64,000 nucleotides of DNA from Pocillopora damicornis (GCF_003704095.1 NW_020847681.1:124001-188000), one strand, 5' to 3'; positions 25,533 to 37,520 are shown, numbered from the stretch's first letter. Notes: generated by a model from the sequence alone, not told the origin. Made by a program: numbers and translations.

Positions 25533-27684
25533 CTATGAAGTTTTTTGCCCATTACGTTCCTTCAGTTTATCCTCTAATAGCTTCAAACTCTCAATATTAC
25601 TTTTCGTTAGCCGCAAATACCTGCAGTTTCGCAGCTTTCTAAATTCTTCGTTTGTGAATTTGATTTCAGGAGGACTAGGCCAGGGATATCTTGGAGCTTT
25701 ATGGTCCATTTGTTGATACACATTGAGAAGCTGCTTTAATTTCATCAGCATTGATTGAATGCCACTGTCTCGATCATGGTTGCGATCAAAGGCAGCAGCA
25801 ATATGAGAAGTTGCACCCTGGGTTACGCAGTACTGCAAAAAATAGCGAAGAATGAAATGCCAGTTAAAGTATGACTTTATGTCGTGAGCTTTACAGTGGT
25901 CGCTAGGGAATAACTTACCATTAGGGCACAGGTTTTTAGTGTTAGGCTTGCCCGTGCACTCGTTATATCACCGAGTTCAGTTGAAAACTGGACAAGTAGT
26001 CTTGTGTTATTTGACTCCAATCTATTTATAGCGAACCTCCGTAATGTTATTTAATTTTTAATTTTATAACCATCTCAGTGTATTGCGAGAGGTTAGCTGA
26101 TAGTACTTCTTCTTCCGTTAAAAATCTACTTTTGTTAAAGCTGTTTAATTCAGTTATTGTAAGGGTAGAACAAACAAATTTCATGCCTGATATGACCTGA
26201 CGACTTACTTCCTGTCGATTGCCATTGCGATCAATCCCATGGACACGATATCCGTGGACGTGATGGGGGGCATGCTGACTAGATCTTGCAGGCTTCTCTT
26301 GCTTGTTAGCTTCATGAGGTAGAAAGTGATGATGGTTAACGATATTGTCTGGATGTAGCAGCCCATTGAAGGCGGGATTTTGGTGTGCAGCTCCCTCATT
26401 TGAAGCAGCGGCTGAGTGTGGCGTAAACAAAGGTGAATGGGTAGTATGAGGAAGATTTTCAGGTAAATGTGTGTACCTATGGTACCAATTACTGTCTTCA
26501 TCATGGTACTCATGTCTGTCGTGGACTGGAAACATTCTATCCAATCTGTGATAGAGATCACGTAGTTCTTCCTGTTTTGATCTGTTGTATATTATTGTGT
26601 CTTGTTCTCCAAAACTGCTTCTTCTGCTTCGACGATCTGAACAACTGTTCCTACGGCTTCTTCCCTCTTCAAGGCTATTCTTCCTACTTCTTGATGCCAG
26701 GAATCCACTTTGTTTTCCCCTATCACGTTTGTGATAATTTGCAGCAGCTATACCCAGATTAGCGCCAAAGTCCCATTTGTGGGCGCCTACACCTGGTGCA
26801 TGCGCTGTGTAAGCGTCAACACCTCTTGGTGAGTGGCTTTTTTTATCGTCCTCGATGCTGGAAGCTCTACTTCTTCCTTGGTTCTTTTGATGGATGTTGG
26901 TGTTTGTGAACCCTTGTGTCCACTCGTAGCGAGGTGGATTTTCCTCAACCTCTAAGCTTCTCCTTCGCCCTCCTCCAAAACAGTGCGAATCTTCGTGATC
27001 CTTTCTGCGTTTCTGTAAATCTTCTCTGCGGTTGTGATGGTGGTGAGGATGTTTAGAAGAATCCTCATGGCATGTGCAGGTATGTTTGTATTCTCTCCCC
27101 TGAGCATTTCGTGGCAAGTTGCAAATAACACAGGACATAAACGCCTGTGTCCTGTGAATTTCTGAGCCACCATCTCTTTTGGTCGGTTTTGGTACGGAAG
27201 GTAAGGCTATTGTCGTAAGTTGTTTTGGAGTGTTGGTTGAACTTGCCATCGGTGAAAGTGATATGATAACAGAGGCATCAGAGGGGCCTGCACACACTTT
27301 CACTGAAGTCTTTTTGTCACTGATTTCTGATTTGATTTTTACCTGAAGTTTTCTGTCGTGATATTCAGTCGGTTTTCGTGAATGCCGTTGCCCGTCACTT
27401 GCATGTTGATTTTCATAAAAACTTGGGCACCTTTCGGGATGAAAAGCAGAGCGCCCTTGGTTTTCGTGATGTCCAATATCTTCAAAGTGATCTTGCTTTG
27501 TATGCTGCAATCTTGTCAGTGTACTTAGTAACTCCCTCTCTTCTTTTCGGTAAACATGTGATTGGACATCTTTACAGGCCTCAAGGGTTCGTATCTCTTT
27601 ATCCAAGCTGAGCTTTCGGGCCTTGTTGGTAACGTGTAGGCCATAGAAGTTTCCTTCCGAAATGTGACGAATTTGTTTGAGCAT
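25533..27684 (-). CDS. Two-exon His/Arg/Ser-rich, largely disordered protein, CCDC190-like (N-terminal coiled coil plus C-terminal CRYLR motif), ~591 aa
   Basis: Exon 1 is 27684-26209 (donor GAA|GTAAGT); exon 2 is 25832-25533 (acceptor ttttgcag|TAC), phase 0. N-terminal LDKEIRTLEACKDVQSHVYRKEERELLSTLTRLQH and C-terminal EEFRKLRNCRYLR resemble the two conserved blocks of CCDC190/C1orf110 as remembered. Confidence 0.75.
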
Positions 27685-28979
27685 TTTAAATCGTTCATCC
27701 CATTTTCAGGTCTTTATGAGATGTGTCACTGAAGACTCCTTATTATGACGTCAAAGTGGAAATCTAATCGAATTTGCGAGTGCTGTGAGTAACAGCGCGC
27801 GCACGAACTGATGAATATGTGGTTTGAAGCGAAGATTTCTCCTGTAAGTTACGTTTTTATAGAAACCTTCCAAACTTAGTTTGCCTCTATATCATGCAGC
27901 GTGTCGAGGGTAATTTTTATCTTTGACTTACTAGACTTTTTCTTAGTTTGACTTTGTTAACCCTTAATTCACTAAGATATCCCAGGATACCTTTGTACCC
28001 TGTAGAAATATAAATTTTCGAAAAATAGTCTAGAGTCTCTTTTGTTACAAAATAAACTTATGAAAGGAACAACAACGTTAGGACTAATATGAAGACTTTG
28101 AAAGTTCTTCATTCCAAAACAGAAAAGTGATAAATTTCTGACTAAGAAATCTCAAACATTCAAATAAAAATTCAGTTTTCGATGCCAATTTCAAGGTCCA
28201 TGGACTTGATTGACTAAATTATCAAATCACACACGCCGTGTGTGAATACAAAGGAGTACGCGAAGGGGAGAGAGGAAGAGCAGATTTTATTTTGAAATAC
28301 TACATTCACAAAAAACTTGGCACATTTTCACATACACCCGTAAATGCTCCTTATCCAGTTGTGCTTCTGTGCGGAAGATTGATTAATTTCTCTAATTTTC
28401 CTCGTTGAAAGCGTTCCGAGTTTTTCTTTTCTAGCGTTTGCTTCAGTGAGTGACATACAAATACATACAAGTATACATGAGGTAAAAAATTTGCCGCATT
28501 TTTCTCTCTTTGTTTCACCAGAACCGTAAGGACTGGTTAAGCGCGAACTATTTGTACAAAGACACGCCAGCGCTAGGCATTCATTCTCACGACGACGACG
28601 TTCATGACTTAAGATAGTGTCTGGTTTTCACAGAATGGTATGAATAACAGTGCACCGTTACTCATGAAAGGTTTCTGCGTTTTCGCGTTGTAAATCTCTT
28701 GTTATAAACCAAATGTAAAGAGCTACGTATCTAGCTGGCGGCATCAGAAAAGTCGCACTGCATGTGAAAACTAACTTGACATACCACATAACTGCAAAAA
28801 CTTAACCGTGTTACGTTTCCTGGTCACGTTTGCATTTATTTAGAACAACAATTAACCATATGCTTGTAAGTGTGAGAACGTCACTTAAAAGAAGAAGAAG
28901 AAGGAAAAAAAACCCTTTACCACAGGTAGGTCAAGCTCCACACTTCATTTCTGACTCTATTTTTGACTCCATTTCCGAA

Positions 28980-29540
28980 CGCCAGATCCGTGAAGCAAAA
29001 AAATCCAAGCTCAGAATGACCGGGCAGCCACAACTCTAACGCACAATCCAAGCACATACACTTTAATTTCATCTCCATTCACTACAAACACAATCTTCCC
29101 GGTGAAACCGACGCTAAGCCACAGTTTGCTTCAAAAAATTTATAATTCAGACGTCTCTCTAACGGCCCGCGCACAACAAAACGACCGTTGAAAATCAGCC
29201 TTGTAGCCCTGCCTCCTTTGCAAACTGCGCCTCGCCGGGGACCACACCGTCACGTAGCATCCATGATTCTTAAACAGTTTATTGATGCCAATGTGCAACA
29301 TTGAGCTTATTTTATGTACGTAGAAAACCTAGAAGTTTATAACTCGCTAAAATGGGTTCTTTTCAACATAGTAAACGGTCAGATAACAAGCGATGCACTG
29401 CCTGAAGTAAGGTGAAGTACTTCTGTTGAGAATTTGACTGCGGTCGTAATTATTCCCATACAAACTCTTACAATTTCGCAATGACTCTTATTTCGCAAGA
29501 TGAACATCTCGTAGCTGGGGCTTGGGCTGCCTGTGCATGT
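28980..29540. repeat. Two-block dispersed repeat, copy 1 (block A 28980-29254, block B ~29318-29540)
   Basis: Block A is the reverse complement of 40371-40640 and block B is a direct copy of ~40663-40900. Similarity is high but the copies have clearly diverged. Confidence 0.85.
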
Positions 29541-31646
29541 ACAAGCGTTTTTTCGCTCTTGAGGTCTTAAGCGTCAGATCGCTTGACAATGCCAACTCGC
29601 TTGGCTCAACAGCTCAAGACTTTAAAAGGTACTCTATTTCTCTATTTCTGTCAACTTTTCAAAAGTTTTGCATGGTGAGAATGAAACCAGATGACTATGA
29701 TAGCTAAACTAATAATTTACTGGGCTACCCTTTTTGCTTGCCGTATAATCTTTTAAAAAAAGGAAAATGATGTGCAACAAAGCACAGCGAGGAAAAGTTC
29801 CCGAGGTTTGGTCGATTTTCACATTATTAGGTGGAAATGAGCCCACGCTCCTCCTCCCGAGAAAAAAAGGTTAAGGCAGGCTTTGAGTTAGATTCAACAA
29901 CCGAAAAAAAAAGGCCCTATGAGTTGCGTGCGCGTACGTTCGCGCGTAAAATTCAAGACATGGCGACTGCGTTTCCGAAAATGACTCTTCAAGCATTTTA
30001 AGAACAAAAAAGGAAGAAAAATTTTAGTCGTGTGTATCCGTGTGTATTTGATGTGACTCGTATTTAGCCGTATCTTACACGTATGTCACTCATGGTAAGC
30101 GTGCGGTGTTTTAGTCATTATCTACGAGATACAATACCTCCGAGAAAAACATTTAAGTGCGTTTGATTTCCAGCTCATCGACAAGCAAAAAAGTTGTGTT
30201 CAATTTGTTGAAGAGGGTTGAAGTGTTTTGGAACCGAGCAAAGCAAGTGATAGAGAACAGCTTTTAAATCAATCAACTTACCATATTGTTCTGCTGTGTT
30301 GGCGATTATATCGGTGCGATTTCGTGATCACCAAAAGCAATAAAATTGATGTAACCTTAAACATTTCTATTTTATTGGTCATTGCCCCATTGTACAAATT
30401 GTAAGTAGACGAACCTTCTGCTTCACTTTACTAACTGAGCCGTTTTTTAATTATTTTTTTTTTTTTCGTTTCTTTCTTTCGATTGACGTTTGAATCAGTA
30501 AACGCCCTAACATCATCTCATCCTAAAAGGATGTGCGATACAACAAACAGATTTCTGTATGAAAATACCAATAAAAATATAAAAAACAAAACAAACAACC
30601 AAAAAATCAAAGATGGTGAGGTCCATAACCTTTTTGTAAAATTCCTTACGAAATTAATGGTACAGAGCTTTTCATTGTTTTTTTAGTGTTGCCAGGAATT
30701 TCGCTCCTCTTCTCTTAACTTGAATGAAAAGTTAACTGAATTACGAATCAAGTGAAGAAATTTCGTGTGGTTGAGTCAAATATCAATGCCCCACACACTC
30801 TATGTCGGTGCCCCTTTTTGTGGTTCAGGATTGTGCAATAATAGTGTCCACCAGATAGTAATTTTACACCAGAATCAAAGTTTGTTTACTTCACATTTTT
30901 TCACCCACGACGATGAAGGATGTTTCCATGGCTGACTGATAAGCGATCGTAAGTGATTGGCCATTGTTTTCATTCCTCGTAGAAGAAGAGATTTTTCATT
31001 GAATTTCCTCTTTTAGGAGAAATAATTTACCCTTTTTTTTTCTTTTTTTTTTTGTGTGGTGCTTTCTTTCTGATGTTTTCATTTTGCCGGATAGTTGAGC
31101 TACCCACGAGGGTCATAACTGTTTACACCACGTTTCTTGCAAATACTTTGTGTTAAGGCAGAGAAAAAAAATCAATGATAATGAAACATGTCTGTTTTGA
31201 TTACAGTTGTCTTTGGCTTATCGGCCAAATTCAGTCTTGCCTAAACACAAAAGCCGTATGAAAACTTAGGAATGTTATATGACATAGAGCGCACACTTTA
31301 TTTTGGGGATGTTTTCGAAAATAAATTTTACGATCAAAGGTCTTCCCCTTTCAAAAAGAAATTTTACGATAAAAGGTCTTCCCCCTTGCTCAAAAATTAT
31401 GATACCTTGAAACTTGTCCTAACAAACTTTGTTTGCATAGGATATCAAGCCTAAAAAAGCAATATTATCGCGACAGAAACTGTGGTTTTGAAATTATAGA
31501 ACAAGGGTTTTCTTATGATCTAAGTAGTGTCCATTTTTATTGACGCTAATTTTCTACAGACCTTGTTAATGATAAGTTGTCTTAAAATGGAACCTTTGTT
31601 GGCTGAGATGTGACCGACCACGCGCGCTTTAAGTAACATGATGAAG

Positions 31647-31753
31647 TATATAAATACTAAGTTGGATTAGTATGCTCTGCTCACTCTATGAATAGCATCG
31701 ATCCGGGAATAAGTCCGCCCAGGAAGGCTTCTGCAGCATTACATAAGGTAAGG
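31647..31753 (+). promoter_or_regulatory. Candidate TATA promoter and non-coding first exon of the CPPGVWGC precursor (distal)
   Basis: TATATAAA at 31647-31654 and a strong donor AAG|GTAAGG at 31747/31748. The coding exon has an acceptor (tttttag| 35850) 4 nt before the ATG and so needs an upstream exon. Confidence 0.4.
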
Positions 31754-34039
31754 CCGGCTTAACGACATCAGTCGCTTGTGCATTTTTTCGAGAACAAATG
31801 AAACATCATTTGGATCAAAATCACCGATTTGAAATTAAGCAAATCATCCCACTAATACTTCGAGCGGTTTTGTTTCCTTTTCTCTTGGCATTCGAGAATG
31901 GAAGTACTCCTAACAAACTTAAAAAAAATACTTTTTGATTCCGTTGTATGTAAAAATGAAGATTAAAATCATAATTTTAGTGTAAGAGTTTGTTTTAGCA
32001 GGCTTCTGCACTAAAATGACACATTATAGGGACACATTGGTGTTTGTTGTTCCTTTTTTTTCGGTACAAAGGCGCTGTTACACTTCCTGGTCATTCAGTC
32101 CCGGACCTTTTCCCGAGAGATGCAGATCCTACTTTCTTCTCGTAGCTTTCAAGTTTGGAAGGCAAAATAATAAAGCACCAAAGATAAAAAAAACAAACCT
32201 ACTCTAGAATTTTCTGTAATTGTTGTATCTGTGTTAGGTAAGAGAAGGGCACGAGAATTTACTTAAGATTTAGGGCTTTGTCTAGCAACGTAGGGTGAAG
32301 TGAAAAATTTTGAAGATCGTATTTTTTAATATAGATTTTAAAATTTGGAAAGGAGAGAAGCGACTTCATTTTTCCAGAATAGGACTCACGGTAATTGTAA
32401 TTGGGTATTCCGCTTATTATACTTTTAAAAAAAAGAGCGAAATTTCTTTCTGTTTGGTTGCCTGTCACGGCGAGCCATTTCAACCAAAAAGCTTGTCGTA
32501 GTTACTCAGCAGTAGTCGTGATACTTTCAGTTGAAGTTGGATACTTACGAGCGATATATGTGTAGGTTTTCAAAGCATTTTTGTGGAGTTTAAAGATGCC
32601 TTAAGTTTTCAGTACAGTTGTTACTTATCGGTTTTCTGTGGAGAGGGTTGCATTCTTAGTGCTTTTCTTAACAGCTGTAAGCTGTTAGTTTATGTTCACC
32701 AACTATTCCTATTCACACCTTAACGTCTCGAAACCTGTCCATGTCTCATTCATTCAACGCCATTTCTCGCGCTCATACACCATCTTTTAACTTCATTGAT
32801 TACGCGAGAAGAAGTCTTGATACTGAAAAGTTGGTTTAATGAAAGTAACGACTTTTTGTATGTAAATTTGATCGCACGATTAAAAAGCGGCGTTCAAATC
32901 TCTTATCATAAATTTAGATTGGTCATCCCGTTCAAAGTAATTCAGGTTTAGTTCAGGTGTCGAATCTTCTTTTCTGTTTGAACTGGTTGGTGTCATGTTT
33001 AAGATGTAATATTTTCTACAATCTCCCGAACAAGAGATTTTTTTTTTGTTTGCGGCCTCTGTACCATGTTCCTTCAAAATCCTACCAACAACGCATTTAT
33101 GTCATTTTGTGGTTCTTCTGGATTAAGGCGATATGAAAGGTTCCAAAACAAACGATATACAGCACAATAAATTTGGGAAAAATCCTACTAATTTTAGAAA
33201 TCGGAAAGTTTCAGCTGCTGATTCATCCTTGGAATGCGGGTTTTATGTAAAAACGCATCCGGTTTGCACGAGATGAATTATTGGGAAACAGAATTTCCTT
33301 ACTTTGGTAAATCGTCAACGCAGGCATCTTCAGTCAAACCGACAAGGCAAACACATTTTATTCAACCTTAGTAAAAGTATTCAGTTTTGACAGAATATTG
33401 GTTTTGCTGTCAGAGAAAGTCACCAAAGGTCTTAAAGCTTTTAAATCTAATCGCAGCTATGATATACGTCAGTATCTTAATCTTAACCGCAGAAACCAAC
33501 AAATATAGTTTGCCTCAGCCATGAAAACTATTGTGAGGAAAATTGATCTAAACACATAGGTGAAAAACACCTGTTTCCTAAGGAAAGAAGAAAATTTTGA
33601 AAACGAGAGGCAAAAGAAGCTTGTGTAAAACTAACAGGTGTAAATCGTATGAAAATAGATGAAAAATTTTCGAAGTGTTCTTGGTTAGTTCGAATTGTCA
33701 TCAGTGAATTTCTGCACTACCTGCGGTCATCATATTTCATGAAGAAGGGTCTTTGTGAGAACGCAATTAAGATGTCGAAATTTAATCTTCTGTGATTATA
33801 TTGAGGCAAAGTGAGTAGGCACGGAATTCAAAAGGGAACTCGTAAAATATGTTTCTGAGTTTGATAAAGAAGCATCTTCCACTTGCCTTATCAGCGGGTT
33901 ACCCTAAGATGTCGATAAAAATCTCATGATAGTTTCTTTGCCATGAAATTAGCCTGCTAATTGGCATGTATTCGGATTTTAGTAGCTTGTAATTGTTTTT
34001 GTCTTTTTCAATTAGCTCTAAACCGCCGCCCACTGCACT

Positions 34040-34289
34040 AAACCAATCATGACTCTGAAAAACACCGACAAAATTAAAACTTCGTTAAAATCTTTTGTTT
34101 TACAGACTCAGGCTAAATGTGTATGACGCGCAACGGGGGAATTCATCAAATTCTTACATAAGGATATAAATCGTTGACAAACATTTCGCCAAATAGGACG
34201 CTTTCGACGGACGAACTCTACGACTCGCTTTAGTAAGAACCTCTCAACAAAGGAGACGATTTTCTGTCAAAGACATTTGAGAAGTAAGT
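34040..34289 (+). promoter_or_regulatory. Candidate CCAAT/CRE-half-site/TATA promoter and non-coding exon (proximal)
   Basis: CCAAT at ~34043, TGACG at ~34124, TATAAA at 34165-34170, donor GAA|GTAAGT at 34283/34284. Confidence 0.4.
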
Positions 34290-35854
34290 TGAGGATAGTA
34301 ACACCACAGATATATTACTATCGGTTAGGAAACCTTAATTTGTCAATGTTGTTTGTCATGGTCTATGGACAGTTTCTATGAGAATTAAGGCACATCGTCT
34401 CTCTCTTTTTTTTTTCTTGTTTTATCCTGAGAAAATAATCTTTTCATTCAGATCCATGAAGAGAGATTTGGTTTTTCTGTAGATGTGAGTGTTTTGACAT
34501 CTGTGTTTGGTATTATTTTATTACTCCAATGGCTTTGTTTATGCATCCTTTCATTTTTTTGTATCGGCTTAAGTGAGGAGGTCAAAACAAAGAGAAATAT
34601 CTTCACATTAACAATAGACACGCGAATTGACTTTTGTCCATGAAATGTGGCGGCCATTATAAGTTTTATGAAAACTACTAATTCTCAGTTCAATTTTTTC
34701 AACACAATTTCCTATATTATTTTTTTTAACATTGGGATGGCGTTTAAGCCTTTAAAAATAATTTTTCTTAGCATCCAATGTGTTTCAATGTATCACATCC
34801 ATTGTGCAAAAGCTTTTAGCTTACTTTTTTGTCATAAGTGATATCAGTCACTTTCTCTTTCGTGGCCATGTGACAAAAAGTCATCTTGTGGTTTTTCTTC
34901 AGTGATTTCTCTCAAATAATGAACACTCTCCGTAATGCAACCTCTTTTTAATGTTCCTTGAGAGGCTGTAGGTTTTGCAGACTTAAAAAGTTCCTCCTTT
35001 TCCAGGATGTATCACATATTCACCTCTATTCGGAGAATTTTGTGTCGGCAAAATGTCAAAAGAATTGTGTATCTCGGTTAAAAACCGCAAGTTCACTCCA
35101 CCTACACCTGCCTCGTCAGTTAGCAATCATTTCTGTACTTGAAAAAAAAAAAGTTTATATCCACTTCTTTCACTCTCTTCACCTCCTCACTTCTTTCATT
35201 CACTAGTTGGTGTGACTGTTCATTACAGATGTTATTTTTCTAATACTCGGTTTTGTTTTGCTTTTTCTCATGTCTGTTGGACGTATAAATTTTACAACGT
35301 GTTCGAGTTTTCAGAGCTGTCTACAACCATTTGCGAACTGACACCCCGAATGCTTTTTACTGAAATACAGTTGAAACTCAGTTTCATAGGCGACCACCCT
35401 TGGTGCCACATTTAGGCATGCATGTGGTTGCTTACAAAAGGAAAGACCGTTAAAGATCTGAACTTTTGTCATTCATGCACAGAAGCTGCTTTTTAAAGCA
35501 GGATCGGAATGAAAGTAATATTCTCACCCACTTGACACCCAAGAGTGAGGAGAAGAAGTCGCTTACAGGATATTTGAAACAATAGGTGATAGTTTCAATC
35601 AACAAGTCTCAGAAGGGGTCTGACTTGACTTAGAAAAATTTGGCATGCGGGATAAAAGTAGACGCTTACCCTACGGATGGACCTTTAATGGGAGGGTTTT
35701 ACTAAATGACTGAACAAAATTCCTTTTAAACAATAGCTAAAATGAGTATTCATGCGGCGAATCATTTATTTCTGTGTTTCTCAGACACTATTTCTTAAGG
35801 CGAGTGTCTTGTGCAACTTTTCTAAGTTACGTGGTGCGTTTCTTTTTTAGAAAA

Positions 35855-36589
35855 ATGAGTTGGACCATATTTGCCGTGATCACGATCGTTGCCCTTTCGC
35901 ACGAAGCAACCAGTAATCCACTGAGAAGAAAAAGGGTGTGGGAGGGTGACTGCCCTCCAGGAGTCTGGGGATGTAAGCGCTCGGAAACAGAGAACAAGAG
36001 AACCGAAGACGATTGTCCTCCAGGAGTTTGGGGATGCAAGAAGAACGTCATCGAGGAACTGGATGAAGACTGTCCCCCCGGTGTGTGGGGCTGTAAGCGG
36101 AACTTCGAAATGAAGAGAAGCAACGACGAAGACTGCCCACCTGGAGTCTGGGGCTGCAAACGAGGTCTATTTGCCTCTGTCAAAAATTGGTTTAAGTCAA
36201 AAGGAAGATCTACGCGGTCAGTAAAAAGCAATAATGATGAAGATTGTCCCCCCGGAGTGTGGGGATGCAAAAGAGAAATAAAAAAGGAAGAGTTAGGCGA
36301 AGAAGGATGCCCACCAGGGGTCTGGGGTTGTAAGAAAGACTCGGTCGAAAATGATTGTCCTCCTGGGGTCTGGGGCTGTAAGAAAGATCAGATTGAAGAA
36401 GATTGTCCACCAGGGGTCTGGGGCTGTAAGAAAGATCAGATTGAAGAAGATTGTCCACCAGGGGTCTGGGGCTGCAAACGAAACGAGGTCCCTGAGAAAA
36501 AGGAAAAGGAAGATGATGAGAAAAAAGATGAATTAGCTGCTAAAGCCGAGTGCCCACCAGGGGTCTGGGGTTGCAAGAGAGATAATTAA
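35855..36589 (+). CDS. Neuropeptide precursor (GLWamide/Wamide-related) with 10 copies of the Cys-flanked peptide CPPGVWGC, 244 aa
   Basis: ATG at 35855 follows a splice acceptor. Hydrophobic signal peptide MSWTIFAVITIVALSHEATS, RRKR furin site, then ten CPPGVWGC units, each preceded by acidic spacer residues and followed by KR/KK. This is typical cnidarian preprohormone architecture. AATAAA at ~36813. Confidence 0.93.
   Translation: MSWTIFAVITIVALSHEATSNPLRRKRVWEGDCPPGVWGCKRSETENKRTEDDCPPGVWGCKKNVIEELDEDCPPGVWGCKRNFEMKRSNDEDCPPGVWGCKRGLFASVKNWFKSKGRSTRSVKSNNDEDCPPGVWGCKREIKKEELGEEGCPPGVWGCKKDSVENDCPPGVWGCKKDQIEEDCPPGVWGCKKDQIEEDCPPGVWGCKRNEVPEKKEKEDDEKKDELAAKAECPPGVWGCKRDN
36365..36474 (+). 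repeat. Perfect 48-bp coding tandem repeat (2.3 copies) inside the neuropeptide ORF
   Basis: ggggtctggggctgtaagaaagatcagattgaagaagattgtccacca is repeated exactly at 36365 and 36413, and partially at 36461. Confidence 0.9.
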
Positions 36590-37520
36590 TGATTTGAAAA
36601 GTTACCAGATTAACTGAGTGACTTTTGTCAAGATAAGTCAACATTGGACGACCTTATGACTGTGTCTAGTATCATGCCGACTGTATAAATTACACTTTAC
36701 TACATATTGATTTTGATTATTGCAATTCTAAGTAAGCTATGAACAGAGTGTATTTTTAAGTTAAGAAATAATGTTCAAGTAACAGAAGTTAGAGACCAAT
36801 GGACTGTCAACAAATAAAAGTTTGAAACCCAGGTGAATCTAAATGTTAGTCAGTTTTGCACAGTTTGTACTGTTCATCTCCTTTTTTCTTACTTTTGGTT
36901 TGGCCTGTACCTATTTTATCCAATTGATAACAAAGTTATCATACTTGCACTCGAGAAGAAAATTTATTTCTTTATTAAGTTCAACCATAAAAAAAGGTAT
37001 GCGCCGTGTGTTCCTGACGTGGAAACAAGAGGATGAGTTTCCAGTCCAAATCTTTTCTTGAGATCGTCATATGCGTTTCACCATAATTCGTTGTAAGACC
37101 ATTATATGGTGTCTTAGCGGATTTTTGAGAGTTAATGCTTGAGTTACTGTTCAAAGCCTCGTTTTCGGTTAAAATGTGGAAGAAGCTACGCTAAGCTCAT
37201 GAAAGGGCAGTGGGAGTGCAAGTAGTGGTCTATTAAATACGCTCGGTTCAAAATTGTCCCTTTTTAACTCGTGAATTGCGCGCATGCGCAAGAGCGAGTT
37301 ATAGATACGATGTGGGGAATGGCATTCGCTCGCTCGCTCGCTCGATTGGTCGATTCCTGTAAACTTTTTTTAGATTTTAGGCTTTTGAGTGCATTTGATA
37401 GTTTTTGGCGAGCAATAAACAGAAGAAATGGCGACCTTTGTTGCTAAGAATAGTGGTGGGGGTGAAAAAGAAGCCAATGATAATCTTAAAAGAGTTTTTT
37501 TTCGTTTTAGTTTCAACAAG

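Noticed and set aside
26047-26208. C-terminal tail of the 545-aa ORF
   Set aside because: It lies beyond a strong GTAAGT donor at 26208; the in-phase exon at 25832 supplies the conserved CRYLR end.
35774-35854. N-terminal extension of the neuropeptide ORF given in the ORF track
   Set aside because: It starts at a GTG inside an intron; the polypyrimidine acceptor at 35850 and the signal peptide point to ATG 35855.
35827-36458. Antisense ORFs (HPQTPGGQSSS repeats)
   Set aside because: Mirror images of the repetitive sense CDS.
35900-36589. CPP-repeat protein read as a minicollagen cysteine-rich domain or toxin, or the repeat read as CRISPR-like
   Set aside because: There is no Gly-X-Y collagen tract and no six-Cys CRD pattern. 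The repeats are coding, vary at synonymous sites and are bounded by dibasic sites, in a eukaryotic gene with no cas genes.
37270-37520. GCGCATGCGC motif, ATTGG and ORF start MATFVAKNSGGG
   Set aside because: Promoter-like, but the ORF runs into an assembly gap with no recognisable homology or downstream exons, so it cannot be supported as a gene.
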